A stretch of 64,000 bases of DNA, taken from contig NW_027117338.1 in assembly GCF_038025025.1 (NCBI RefSeq), positions 992,001-1,056,000 of the forward strand, in the 5' to 3' direction. The stretch comes from Phyllosticta citribraziliensis. Its lineage: Eukaryota. Both the position numbers and the translations under genes were made by a program. Positions within the stretch are counted from its first letter, which is position 1; every line of letters starts with the position of its first letter. The notes under the pieces are model-generated. The model saw nothing but the letters and a program-made list of their open reading frames with translations. It searched no databases and was not told the origin of the DNA. This document shows positions 47,370 through 59,471 of this stretch, piece after piece.

Positions 47370-50300
47370 ATGGCTGATGCTGGTGAGAGTGACGGCGGAG
47401 CTCTGCCGCCCGGCGATACGGTGCCCTCTGCATTTGTCCCAAAGCGCCTGACGGATGGTTGTGAGCCTCATGGCCGTGATCCGACTGAGCGTACGCCCAA
47501 GCTTGCCTCAGGTGAAGCCACTTCACTGCACGAAAACGATAATTCCAGCCCTCAGCAATGCACCTCTACGGCTCCGGTTCTTTCGGCAGAAGACTGGCGT
47601 CGAGCACCCCTTCGTATGGGAACTGCTTACCCCAATGGTATTCCAGCCGAAGTTTCCCTTCAGGCGCAAGCATCTACTGCCATGACGCCAACCTTCACTT
47701 CCACGGCGACACACCCGCCTGGCGCGCAACTTGCAGCTTTTGAGGGGTGCTCTCCAGCTCAGCCGAGTGAGAGGCCTGTCATCAAGACAGAGCCGGATCT
47801 TCTTCACTTTCAGCAGTCAGGTGCATCAAGGAGCCCAGGAACCATTCCGGCAAGCAGTGCATACGCATACACTCCAGGTTTTGGATCTACTGCGAATGGG
47901 TCTCAAACTCCAATGCCCACTCAAGGAAAAAAACGCATAGGTAAGACAGTGTCCGTTTTGGATCTTGAGAATGCTAACACGAGGATTTTAGGAAATCATT
48001 CAGACTATTTCGATGACGATGACGATGACGACACTGAGCTGGTCGCTCGTCACGATCCCAAGACGGAAAGACAGCCCAGAACACAAGTCCATCATCCCTC
48101 TTTTCGATTGGCCGAGGAACACCACAACAAAATTTACCAGAGATTCCTCGACATCTTTGGAGAAGAAAAAGAGGATGGAGACTCTGACATAGACTACCTC
48201 AGGAAAACGGCAATTTCGAACAGTGGAATCGACTACCCTAGCGACATCGTTGTTGGTCTCAAAGGAGCTTCAGGTGTGGGCAAGTCCTCTTTGCTGAATT
48301 CTATCCTGGGACTTGATGATGCGATCGAAACGGTGAGTCTGACTTCTACGCCTGAAACGAATCATATTGCTGACAGTTTGACTTCAGGGCGATGGTTCCA
48401 AAGCATGCACAGCTGTCGTTCAGGAGTTGCGCTACCGCGATAGCGGGGACGAAATGGCCTTCCAAGCGGAAATCGATTTCATCCCGGAAACCTCTCGTGA
48501 AGACGCCATCGCCGGATACCTTGATGACTTTTTTGACCACCAGAGAAATGAAATCGATCCCAACGATCCGGACTATCACGACCTGCTCAAGCCCTACTCA
48601 ACATGCATCGAAGCTCTCGGTTCGATGTTCTGCGACCACGAACACTTCGACAACCAGGACAGCATTGAAGAGTACTTGAAGTCTTTCAGTGATGCATCGA
48701 TTGCGTCATTGAAGCGAGAGATGGTATCGTGGCTCAATGCGACCATGACTTCGCTGAACGTTCGTTCAGATTCTGTTCAGATCAGCGCGCCATCAGATAC
48801 GGAGCTTTCTGAAGCGATTAGACCATTTCTCACATTTTCAGAAACCAACTGGGAAGATGGTGAAAGAAGACCTTCGCTCTGGCCTGTGGTCAAGGTCGTA
48901 AGGCAAGTCAGCTGACGTGAAAGAAAAGCGAGAAGTTGAGCTAATGAAATGCTACAGAGTGTTCTGTGACTCCCCGATTCTTAAGCAAGGAATCATCCTA
49001 GTGGACCTTCCGGGAACTGGAGATACGAACCGGACCCGCATGGCGGCAACCAATGAGTACATGAAGAAGGTTGACTGCACGGCGGTCGTCTCGAGTATTG
49101 AACGGTCGGAGACAAACGAAACGCTCCATGCAGATGTCCTGGCAGCATACAAGAGAACGAGACAGGGCAGCGCTGTCCTTGTTCTGACAAAATCTGACGT
49201 AAGTGCTCAAAACGACTTCAGTCTACTCCTCTGACATTTTCACAGGAATACAAGCTGGACCCATACTCGAACAGGAACCCATCCGGCGTGAGCAGTGCTA
49301 GAGACGTTCGCGAAATCACCCGAATGAGGCTTGAAGTGAGAGACATCAAGGAACGTTTGGCGCGCCTCAAGAGGCAGGCCACGAAAGCTCGTCAGGATGA
49401 TGACTATGATGCGGAACGCAGAATCAATTATGAGAGGGAGCATTTGGAGTGAGTCTTTACAAGATTGCACAGCCAGGCCACAAGTTTGAAAAGGATTTGC
49501 TAATGTGTATTTTCCAGGCTGGAAGAAGTCAACCAAAAGAGCAGATTCTTTGACTACTGTGTCTGCGCACGCAACGCGGGCATCGCCCAGGGTTTCACAA
49601 AGAACTACAGGAAAATGACCAACGGAAGGACACCACTGGCAGTGTTCTGCGTCAGTAACAGTCTCTACAACCAGCACATTTGCGGCATTGAACGCGGTCA
49701 AGACGTCAAGATGAAGGTTGAGACGACTGGAATTCCTGCCTTGAAGGCGCACCTCTACAGTCTCCCAGCAGCGAAGAAGTTCAAGGCCCTGGAGCATCAA
49801 TGCGGTACCCGCCTTGATAACTTCTTGAACATGGTCGAGATGGTCTGCAACGTCACCAAGCTCAAGAGGAAGGAGGACATGGAACAGATCATCTTGTCCC
49901 CTAACAAAGTAAGACCCACAGGACGTCCAAGAAACACTCCACTAACAACACAAGATGCTGTTCGAAGACATTACTGGAGCCTTTGCACAGTTCAAGGAAC
50001 TGGCCATAACTCCAGTCTTGGAGAAAATAAGTGAGCTCACCGATACAGATGTTCTGACCTTACAATTTGGCTAATGTTTTGGGTGTAGAGAACAATCGAA
50101 ACAAGTGGATTTCCATGGCCAAACCAAGTCTCGAAGAGTGGGCAAAGGTAAGCTATGAAGCCACAGACAATGCGAGTCAATGCTAACATTGTAAACAGTG
50201 GAAGTCGGGTAAGACTCAAAGCTAATCTTGGTCGAATCAGATCTCATTATGCTAACGTCTCAAAGTTACTTTCAGAGCCACTTGTAGGAGGCAAGGAAAA

Positions 50301-51164
50301 TGCGCAAACAAGACACTCAACAAAGTGGATTGGAACACAGTCCTCTTGAAGCCTGTAGTGAGAGACCTTGAAAAAGACATGGAGCAGTTCGACAACACTG
50401 GCGAGATCCTAGTTCCTATTCTCAGGACCTTCTTCGACAACACAATCGACTCGATCTATCAAAGACTTGAAAGTATGTGTCCCTAAATAATTTCAAACAG
50501 AAAGAGGCTTACAGAAACAGAGGAGGCTGTAACCTCGAGAGATGCTCTCGAACCTTTCTTCAGGATATTGAAGAATGCCAAGGACCAATTCCTGAGGATA
50601 TCTACCGATGCGAGTGAGAATTTGGCACGCGATTTGGCGTAAGTTCGACTTACTGATACGACAACGCACATGCTGATCGTTCCAGAAACATCAAGACGAA
50701 GATGCTCTTGGCATCAGACACCGAGCAAAGTTACTTCATGGGAAACTTGAAAGATACCTATCGAGAATGTACCGGAATGACAGGTGGGCTACTCCGAACG
50801 TTTGGCAGCACACTGTAAATGCTAACATCCATCAGGGAAGAATATGCACCCCGCTCGCGTGAGGGCTTTCCAGGAGCGAGTCAACGACGTCAAGCAAGGC
50901 CCCTACATGGCAATCAACAATGGTGCCAGAGATGCGACCCGCGACCTCCTGAAAGTGCGTGCGAACGCCCTCACAGATGAGGCCATCAAAAGCTTCAGTG
51001 ACATTTCAAGGATGTTCGCCATGAACTTCAGCACTGATGGTGGCAATACACCAAGAGCGCGAGAAATTCGCTCGAGGCTGCGCTCTGAGGTCGACTCCGC
51101 TAGGGCGGTTGCGGATGGCTCCTTGGCCATGTGCCTCGACCAATGCCGCCAGTGGGGAAATTGA
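47370..51164 (+). CDS. Dynamin-superfamily GTPase (NUGGC/SLIP-GC-like), ~1052 aa, 13 exons
   Basis: Exons 47370-47940, 47992-48332, 48388-48902, 48958-49198, 49246-49448, 49518-49908, 49955-50030, 50089-50147, 50199-50208, 50266-50472, 50521-50638, 50686-50783, 50836-51164 total 3159 nt with no internal stop; G1 GASGVGKS, G2 ACT, G3 DLPG, G4 TKSD; helical C-terminus. Confidence 0.85.
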
Positions 51165-51485
51165 CAACACCTCGACGGAGGAATTGCTCACCCTTATTAC
51201 ATGACCGACCTACCATAAAAGCACAACGGACCTCAAACAGGCTTTGCGGTCATTGATTTCTTGGATTCCGGATTGATTTTGGACCTCTTTTTTCCAGCAC
51301 GGACAGTCAGTTGGTACTTTGCCACTGCTTTGATTTCTCTCAGCCCATGCGGCTAATCATTACACTGAAGCTACCTGCTTCGGCTACTTTTCTTCATCCC
51401 CTTCTGAATATCAGCCTAGTCCTAAAGGGACAGCAAAAGTCGATTGCATCACAATTTGATTGCGCCTGAAAAGTACACAGCAAAA

Positions 51486-51712
51486 AGCGGAGAGACAGGA
51501 TGGACGAGTGTCTCCACGACCCAAAATCGGTGCCGGAACGAGCTACGGAAATGGTGATGAAGGCGTTTTTGGTTTCTTGATTTTGCGATCGAAAAGCACG
51601 CGGTAACAAGCGACAAGGAGGAAAGGTGGACGAGTGAGTCCACAACTAAAAATCGGTGCTGGAACGGACGACAAAAAGGCGATGAGAGTGGTTTTGGCTT
51701 CTTGATTTAGCA
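51486..51712. repeat. Diverged direct repeat with ~126-bp period
   Basis: TGGACGAGTG..TCCAC..AAAATCGGTGC.GGAACG...TTTTGG.TTCTTGATTT at 51501 and again at 51627. Confidence 0.85.
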
Positions 51713-52503
51713 GTTGGCAGTGCAATTGAATGCGAGTCTTGATCTTCACATCAAACGCCCCCGTGTGCCAGTCGGACCGACCCCTGCCTATCCCTTCTGA
51801 ACCCCACTCAAAAGCGAAATCCTCCACCACACTGAAATGTCAAAAGGGTTGAACGCTGGCTTCATGGTCGCTGTGTCAAATGGCTGCTCTTTGATGTCTG
51901 CCGCCGTGTCGGCTGGTCGCTCCCAAGTTTCAGACATGCCGTTTTGTTCAACACCAACTATTCTGGTCCACGCCCACAAAAAGACAAAACGTACAACAGC
52001 CGGGATTCGCTGCTGGTCACCCACGCAACTACTAATCGGCCGCAAGGTAGCTTATCTATGGAAGAGCGGACGGGGTTCCGAGTTTTCTACCTGCTATGGT
52101 CGTACGTGGAAGTTATGGTTACTTTTTTGCACTATATTCAACACACACGTAATGGTGCGAGACATCAACAACGTTCTGGACGACGTCGTTCTTGAAGGGC
52201 ACCTATTCGCGTCTCAAAACGATGGCTACCAGACTGTGCAAGAGCCAATGGTGCGAAAGCGTTGAAGGTGCGACGAAAACGTTTGTCGAGGCTACGGCCA
52301 TGACGGCGTCATGATTTTGTTGGCCTTCCTGGTCCTTCTTGCTTGTCCATTGACTGCTTCCCATCTCCACTCTTGCAGAGCCCGAAAGCTTGAAGAGTTC
52401 TTGTGGGCCCGGGGAGACGATTTCTTCGTGTGCTGCAGTCCACGATATTTCGGTGAATCTTTCTCACGGGCCCGTAGATCTTCTGGATGCCGGGGATTTT
52501 CTC

Positions 52504-53737
52504 ATGGAGCATCGCACTCAAGGCGAATTGCAACAAGACGATGAGCTCATTGTTGGGGGGCAGAACCAAACACAGAGGCCTCTCAGTTTTGGTCGTGTCC
52601 AGTCGGAACCGTTAGCTCAACCAACATCTATCACCGCTCCATCAGTACATATGTCACCAGCCCGCTTCATTCAAGCATTTCTTACCTCTCCAACACCAAG
52701 TGCTCAACCATACCGTCCCGCTTCATCCAGGCTTCCTCCGTCCCCGAACCGAGATCTTGAGCCAGTACACGGCTATGCGAAAGCCGCGCCATACGAGAGC
52801 AACATCTTGGCACCAATGGATCCTATAATATGGACAATCATCCTAGGAGTATGCGAGGGAACACTCCGGGAAAACTTACAGGGGACCTTCGAGGAAGTAA
52901 TGGCGAGGGCCGCGGAGCTCCCAAGAAAAGTTCACCGACTATTCTTCTTCCAGCCGAGGATCGGCCACACCCAAGAACAAACCCACCAACGCTGGGTCCG
53001 CTGGCTCCTGATAAAACTCCTATATGTCACTCTGGGGTGGACGTACCTGTCGGTGGGGCCCGGAGAAAAACCAAAAGTCGTCCAACTCGTTCCGTGCCGA
53101 CTCGTAGCTCTTGTTTCGGCCGGGCTGTCCCTCGCTGCGGCGATTTCTCTTGAACGCGAAGATGAAGAGCAAGATGAGGAGGAGGAAGATGAGGAGGAGG
53201 AACAAGAGGAGGAAGAACAAGAGGAGGAAGAACAAGAGGAGGAACAAGAAAACGGAGAAGAAGAAGAAGAAGAAGAAGATAATGTCGATGAAAAAGCAGA
53301 CGATAATGGCGAAAAGGATGATGATGAGGACGAGGACGAGGACGAGGATAACGACGACGACGGAGACGACGACGACGAAGACGACGACGACGAAGACGAA
53401 GACGACGAAGACAACGAAGACAACGAAGCCCTCGAGCTGCTCGAAGATTCAAATGAGGAGTACCTCTGCATTTTTTCGATCATAATAATTGGTGTCGCTT
53501 ACGTGAGGTAAGTAAATCATGATGGGCGCTGCGTCTTTGCCTTAAGCTAACGTCCGTTGGGCTTCCAGAGATCTGTGGCGTCCTATTCCAGACGAATTTC
53601 TCCTCAACTTGTTCATGGAATTTGGCGCCTACCTTTGTTCCGACGTTGAGGATATGGTACTGTTCATGCGGTTACATGTCCTTTTCGGGTGCTGGTCTGC
53701 TTGGGCATTGATTACCATCCTTTCCGGGCTGTGTTAG
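52504..53737 (+). CDS. Orphan hypothetical membrane protein with ~100-residue Asp/Glu tract, ~390 aa
   Basis: ATG 52504; intron 53508-53568 (GTAAGT, GCTAAC, CAG) continues the frame to TAG 53737; hydrophobic segments flank the acidic tract. Start and functionality uncertain. Confidence 0.5.
53152..53460 (+). repeat. Compound GAR/GAY trinucleotide repeat encoding poly-Glu then poly-Asp
   Basis: GAGGAGGAAGAACAA units, then (GAA)n, (GACGAG)n and (GAC)n runs. Confidence 0.9.
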
Positions 53738-54879
53738 TCTGATGATCGTCATCTATATTGGCACTTACAACTTGTCTTCTATCCAAAATGGCCAGAGATG
53801 GAGGGGGAGACCTCGACAAAGAGTGAAGCGGGTCTGTAAAGAAAAATGGAGCTCCTTGGGTGCAGCCGCAATGGTGATGACAAACGCAAAGATGCGCGCA
53901 CCTTCTACTGCAGTCTTTGCTTGCTTGCATATTCTGCTCCATGTAATCTGAGACCGCTTCGTAGCAACCAGTCGCTTCTCTTTTTCTGCTGTTATCGCCG
54001 TCTTGCGCAGCAGGCGCGATGGCCCGAATCATGCTGTGTCCGTACTGTCTTCGTCCATCATTAGGTGAACAGCTGCTTCCTTGGTTGGTCTGCGGTGGCG
54101 ACGACAGGTTCTTTGGTACAGCCACAGTTTGTTGAGCCCGCGGAGTTGTGGAACGGTCACGCCAGGTTCCGGTTGTTGAGGTCCAGTCACGACACTTAGC
54201 CGGACCATCTGGTAACCCGTAGTGAGTAAATCTTTCTCGTCCCAGATATTTCACTTTCAACGACTTACCGCGTCTCTGGAGCATCCAGACCCATAAGCGT
54301 TGCTCCTCCGAGAAGTTTCAATGCAAGAATTACGCGCCCACGATGGATTTTGAATGCTCCCCACACTGTGCGCGCTTCCAAAGACAAGCAGAAGAAGCAG
54401 CAAGAGAAGGAGACCGGCCGAGAAAGGTCTTCTTGCTTGAGACCAACGCCCAGCACACGGCGGGACAGGCATTTCGATACGGCATCCGCTATAGTCCGAG
54501 CAATCAGCGGCTTTCGAGGTATGTAATGGGCTCGCAGCTGGGAGCATGTGGCCTCTCCGCTGAGAAAGGACGCAAAGCTTCCCGAATACTCCGAGGAATG
54601 CAGTTGATACGGCCTTCCGTCTTCTCTGGAAGAAGTAGATAAAGGTCAACATTGGCTTTCACCATCGGAGTAAGGACAGAAGCATAGGGGAAGCCTCCAG
54701 ATGAGGATGATTAAACACAGCCATCAGTATAGCAAATGACACCCGGTATATTGGCAGCAGTTGATCCAAGGAAAGTCGTCAATTAATACGTTGGGTATCG
54801 CGCAAACACTTTTCGCTCAAGGACAATCAAAAGGGAAAGATGTGACGGGCCGGTCTGCAAAATCACTTGCCCCGACCGA

Positions 54880-56405
54880 CTACAAAGTCTTGTCCAGCTT
54901 CTTGAACAATCTGTTGACGCCCTTCTCCATCTTGGTCATGCCGTGCTCGAATTTCCCGGGTCCAGGGACACCAGGGCCTGCCTGCGCCGCAGTGTTCGAT
55001 GCAGACCTGTGCTTCGACCCGTGTGCGTTGGCCTCGAGCTCTGTGGGGCGGTATGCCTGACTGTGTATTCCATAAGGGTCGGCGGGGGCCTGGTTTTGGT
55101 GGTAAGAGTAATTTGAATAGCCCTGTACGGTGACGCCGGGCGACTGGACCCGAGCCGGATGTGCCGCTTGGGGATGTCCTGGGGATTGAATGGGTGCGGG
55201 GGGGTGTGGGTATCCCGGGGAGGAAGCGTAGTTGGGGTATTGTGAGGGTGATGTTGGCTGCGAAGATTGAGCCGAGTAGTTGGAATACGAGGTGTGGGAG
55301 CTTGGGTGTCGTTGAATATCACCGTGTGGAGACGTCGTTTGGGCATAGGGCGACGCGCCAGCTTGGGCGGGAGGGGCAGCAAAGGACATTCCGTAGGGGG
55401 ACGCAGCATGAGTATTCTGCACGGGCGGAGGAGGGAAAGATCCTGTGGCATTTGTCTGCGGAATGCTTGGTTGACGCTGGTGGTTCTGAGCATGATAAGA
55501 GTGTTGTTGTTGAATCTGGGGCGGTCCATGCTGAGTGCCCTGTTCGTGAGCGGCCGCTTCGACAAGGCCGGTTCCAGACTCTGCATCTGGTGGCGGAGGC
55601 GTCTTTTCCCGGTGTGCAATGGGCTCGGGAGCTGCTGGAGCCGCTGGGTTGTAAGGTGCAATTGGCGCATAAGGCGGCTCCGAGTCCTGGAGAGGTTCAA
55701 GAGACATGTGATGCGCTGCGGTCGTGGGAGGACCCGCAAATGATTGAGTTGTGCTAACGCTGTTGCTGCGAGGCTGGTGATAGCCTTTCGTAACGGCCAG
55801 GTGCTCCAGCTTTTGCACGACCGGACTCATGGTATCGGAATGCTCAGAATGCCTGTTTTTGGGGGTTGGAGCATCCAGTACCCGGACCTGGTGGGGCTGA
55901 AGGCACTTTTGAAGGGTATCCGAGAAGAGGGTGGCGTCTGTCTCGGTCCAGAAGTAAATATCCAGCGTATGGATCTTGAACATGTATTTCCCCTCATTCC
56001 GCTGATCGGCAGCAGGCAAGTGCCACTGTGTGTAATCTTGCTGCGGAGTACTGTGTGCACTTCCTGCGTACGAAGGATCCACGGTGATGGTGATCAAGGC
56101 GGGCTGTTTGAATGTCCGGTTGACCGTGACAGAGTCGAGATAGCCCATGAAAGCGTCCTGGTCTGGTGTGCCCGCAGCATTGGCGACCTCCATTCTCGCG
56201 CGCCGCTGAGCGGGATTGTGGTAGAGGTAGACATAGGAACCCTTGTCGAAGCGATGATGCGGGGGCTTTGCGCTAGGATGGCTGAAGTAGTAGTGGACAT
56301 CGGCGTAGCTGTTTCACGTCAGCATTTGTAGAGCAGGTACTTTGTATGACATGGAGCATTCACTCACAGCGTCAGCAGAGAGGCTTCGCCGTGTTGTTGA
56401 GGCAT
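54880..56405 (-). CDS. Hypothetical protein (globular N-half, Pro/Gln/Tyr-rich C-half), ~488 aa
   Basis: Exons 56405-56368 and 56308-54880; LYADVHYYF..PPHHRFDKGSYVYLY, HTLDIYFWT, SPVVQKLE, YNPAAPAAPEPIAHREKTPPPPD, HSQAYRPTE. Confidence 0.85.
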
Positions 56406-56869
56406 TGCGGGGTATCAAGTGAGGCTGGAGGAAGATGGAGCACGGCCAGCCAGGAGCAGAAGGGGAAACGGCGCGAGAAATAGGACCTGGCAGTCGGACG
56501 GGAGCAGCTCACCGGAAGAAAAGGCGTGGGAGTAGGACATGGTTGCTCACAGATGGCGTAGGGCAGGGTCAGAGCTGAGGGTTGGAGGGGAGGGCGCGCG
56601 CGTAGGCGTCCAATCACCATGGCCGACTGGGGCTGCCGAGGAGCGCGTGGGCGGTCAGGTCAGCTCGCAGGGCTCCCGTCTGCAGGCGTCCTCCGAATTT
56701 TTGGATTTGGACCGCAACCCTACCACTGCTCCATGACCACCGCCCATTGCTCCGTCTCTCCAATCACCGCCCTTGACATCATCCCGACATCCTTTGACCT
56801 CCGCCAACTTTGACCTGCTCGCATTTGCAATTGCGCCCTCCGGGCCTCCCTCTCCACGCCGTCGTCGCC

Positions 56870-57472
56870 ATGTCTCTCGTCGAGCTCGCCCACGTCTGCT
56901 CTCACCTTCAAAATGCCTCCAAGGCGCGCCTCGGCTTGACCTCCATCTCCCTCACCAAGCTCCACCTCAGCCTGGCCCTCGGCATGCAAAGGCAGGGCTT
57001 CATCTCCTCCGTCACGCCCGGCGGACCCCAACCACCAATTCCTTTCGCAATGCAACCACAAGGAGACGACTCAGGACCATATGGCGACGACAACCCAGGC
57101 TCTTACATGCTGAGCAGGCAGCCCTGGCTCGCATATCCGTCGCCCGAAAACCCCCAATCGAAAACGCAGTCGAGCGCACAGCACGTGCAGGTGCCCGAGA
57201 ACCGCGCGCGGCAAAGATTATGGCTGGGTCTCAAGTACTGGAATAACGAGCCCGTCATCAGCAAAATGACGCTGCTCAGCAAACCGACCAAGAGGATATG
57301 GCTCAACGCGGGGGACCTGGAGCTCATATCAAAGGGTCGCGAGGCGGGATACGTCAAGGGACTCTCAAAGACGGGCGAATGCTTGTTCATCACTACCGAC
57401 AAAGGTATCATGGAGATCAGAGAGTGCGTGGAAAAGAAGATTGGTGGCATGGTTCTTTGCAGGGTCTTCTAG
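56870..57472 (+). CDS. MRPS8: Mitochondrial small ribosomal subunit protein uS8m
   Basis: MSLVELAHVCSHLQNASKARLGLTS, RLWLGLKYWNNEPV, SKPTKRIW, TDKGIMEIRECVEKKIGGMVLCRV. Confidence 0.95.
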   Translation: MSLVELAHVCSHLQNASKARLGLTSISLTKLHLSLALGMQRQGFISSVTPGGPQPPIPFAMQPQGDDSGPYGDDNPGSYMLSRQPWLAYPSPENPQSKTQSSAQHVQVPENRARQRLWLGLKYWNNEPVISKMTLLSKPTKRIWLNAGDLELISKGREAGYVKGLSKTGECLFITTDKGIMEIRECVEKKIGGMVLCRVF

Positions 57473-57984
57473 AGTCGCATGGTTGAGAAGCTTGGGGAAG
57501 AGACAGAGCTGTATTATACCAACCATACCGCAAAGCGGACGGCATGGGATTCGGGCCGTCTGGTGGTCTTCAACCTTGCAAGAAGGCTGGAGAATCCACA
57601 CGATCAAACACCAGGGCGGGAACACCAAGGCGGGAACATCGTGGCGGCAAATCATGACCAGCATCGTGGCCTTTCAGGTGTACCAAACATGTACGGCTTG
57701 GTCGGAATGACAACGGTTGGGAAAAAAGAAGAGAGGCTCAGACACCAATCGCTCGCGGCAAAATGTTGCAAAATTTCAAACCCCTTTTGGCGTGCGTCTA
57801 CAAATCCTCCTTGAGGCTGTAGAAGCCGTCGTTCTCGAAATAGATGCCCAAGGCCTGGTACGACCATGACCTGCATATCCAATGCTTCGGGCACCTCTGA
57901 CAAACCATCCGTCTATGCCACAATCTATCAGGGTATCTCTGGCCATCCAATTCAATCCAATCCACTCCCGGAGCATCCACCGTC

Positions 57985-58874
57985 TCACGCCCTCTCCCTC
58001 CTGTTCCTCTTCCTCCACATCTCGACGCCCCTATCAATCTCATCTCTCGTGACTCCATCCCTCACCAAACACATGACCACGCCCAACGTCTCGACATTCC
58101 GGTTTCGCGCCTCGTCGTCAAAGAACAGCATCTCCTCGTAATCGATGCCGCTGGCGTCGCGTATCTTGGCAAAGTGCGTCGTCTTGCTGCCCGGGTAGAT
58201 TTGAAGGATGTCGAAGAAGTTTGCGGCGCGCTCACCGGAGCTTTTGCCTGACGCGTCGTCGCCAGAGGACGACGGGATGCGCAGCAGCGACAACATCTCG
58301 CGGCCAAGCTCCGGCGCACTAGTGCGCGACGCGGCGGCGACCTTGATGCCTTTCTGGCGGGCCTGCAGAGCGCGGAGAGACGTTGGGTCAGCACACATAT
58401 CGAGACACACATGGCACGGCATGACGGGCTGGCGTATGCGGCGAATATTGGCAGGGCTGAGAAGGATGGATCAGGGCAAGGGAAATGGGCGGGCACGACA
58501 GGACGAGCTGCAGATGCGCTAGGAGAATTTCCAGAGGAGTGCAGACGAGAACGCGCAGCATCGTTCGTGGTTGCTGGCGCGCTGACCGGCGGCTCGGATG
58601 GGCAAAACGAACGTACCGCCACGAGAACGCTCCCGACGTCGCGATAGAAGCCGTACGACTCGCCGTAGCGGTCCTTGACCTTGAGCCCGTTGGCCTCGGC
58701 CTTGAGCGGCGGCGTCACATGCGTGTCCACCCAGAATGGCCACAGCGTGTAGTCCAGGTCGAAGGCCAGCAGCTTGGGCAGGGGTAGGCCGTCAGTGAAG
58801 GTGCGCGGCCAGGGTATCGCGGAGGGCACGGCCGTCGTCGGCGTCGTCGAGGCTACGCTGAGGTTTCGCGGCAT
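57985..58874 (-). CDS. MDP1: Magnesium-dependent phosphatase 1 (HAD superfamily), ~211 aa
   Basis: Exons 58874-58617 and 58362-57985; FDLDYTLWPFWVDTH, AASRT, IYPGSKTTHF, MLFFDDEARN. Confidence 0.92.
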
Positions 58875-59471
58875 GGTAACTAGGAGGCGTGAGAGTAGGA
58901 TAGCGATGAGAGCGAGGACTAGCGGGCTGTGGGCGAGTTGGCGAGATAGTTTGTAAGGTGAGTGATGGAAGTCTGATGGAAATTTAGGTTGGCACCGTCG
59001 TAGGGCTGATAATGTACGTCATTGGAAGATCTTCCCTTCGGTTCCGTCGGAATGCACCTGGACGGGTCTGGAGCTGGCGCGACCACAAATTCTCGCAGCA
59101 AAACCTCTGACCGTATGCCTTGTAACCAAACAAAAGCATCTACGTATTCGAAAGTGGCATGGAGGGACAGTAGCTTTGTCGACCAGAAGAAGTAGAAACA
59201 ATCAACAATCAAGCGCCTGAAAGGGTAAGCTAGACAATCTTCCGATGAATGTTACTACGGTACTTGTACAGCAAAATCAGCACCACAATTTGCTTGCAAG
59301 TTGATTTTGAAGAACTCAATTTTCTATGGACGGTTTCCATACGGCCAGGTGAAGACCTACAGTACTCGGTCCCTTGAGCCCTCCCAGTCCTCACCTTTTT
59401 CGAAGTAATTTACAATCCCGAATTGAATCCGTCATTTTGAGGTGATTTTGAGGTGGCCAACGCTACCAACC

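Noticed and set aside
52932..53485. Poly-Ser, poly-Arg/Leu and Lys/Thr ORFs overlapping the acidic tract
   Set aside because: Alternative-frame and antisense readings of the same trinucleotide repeat.
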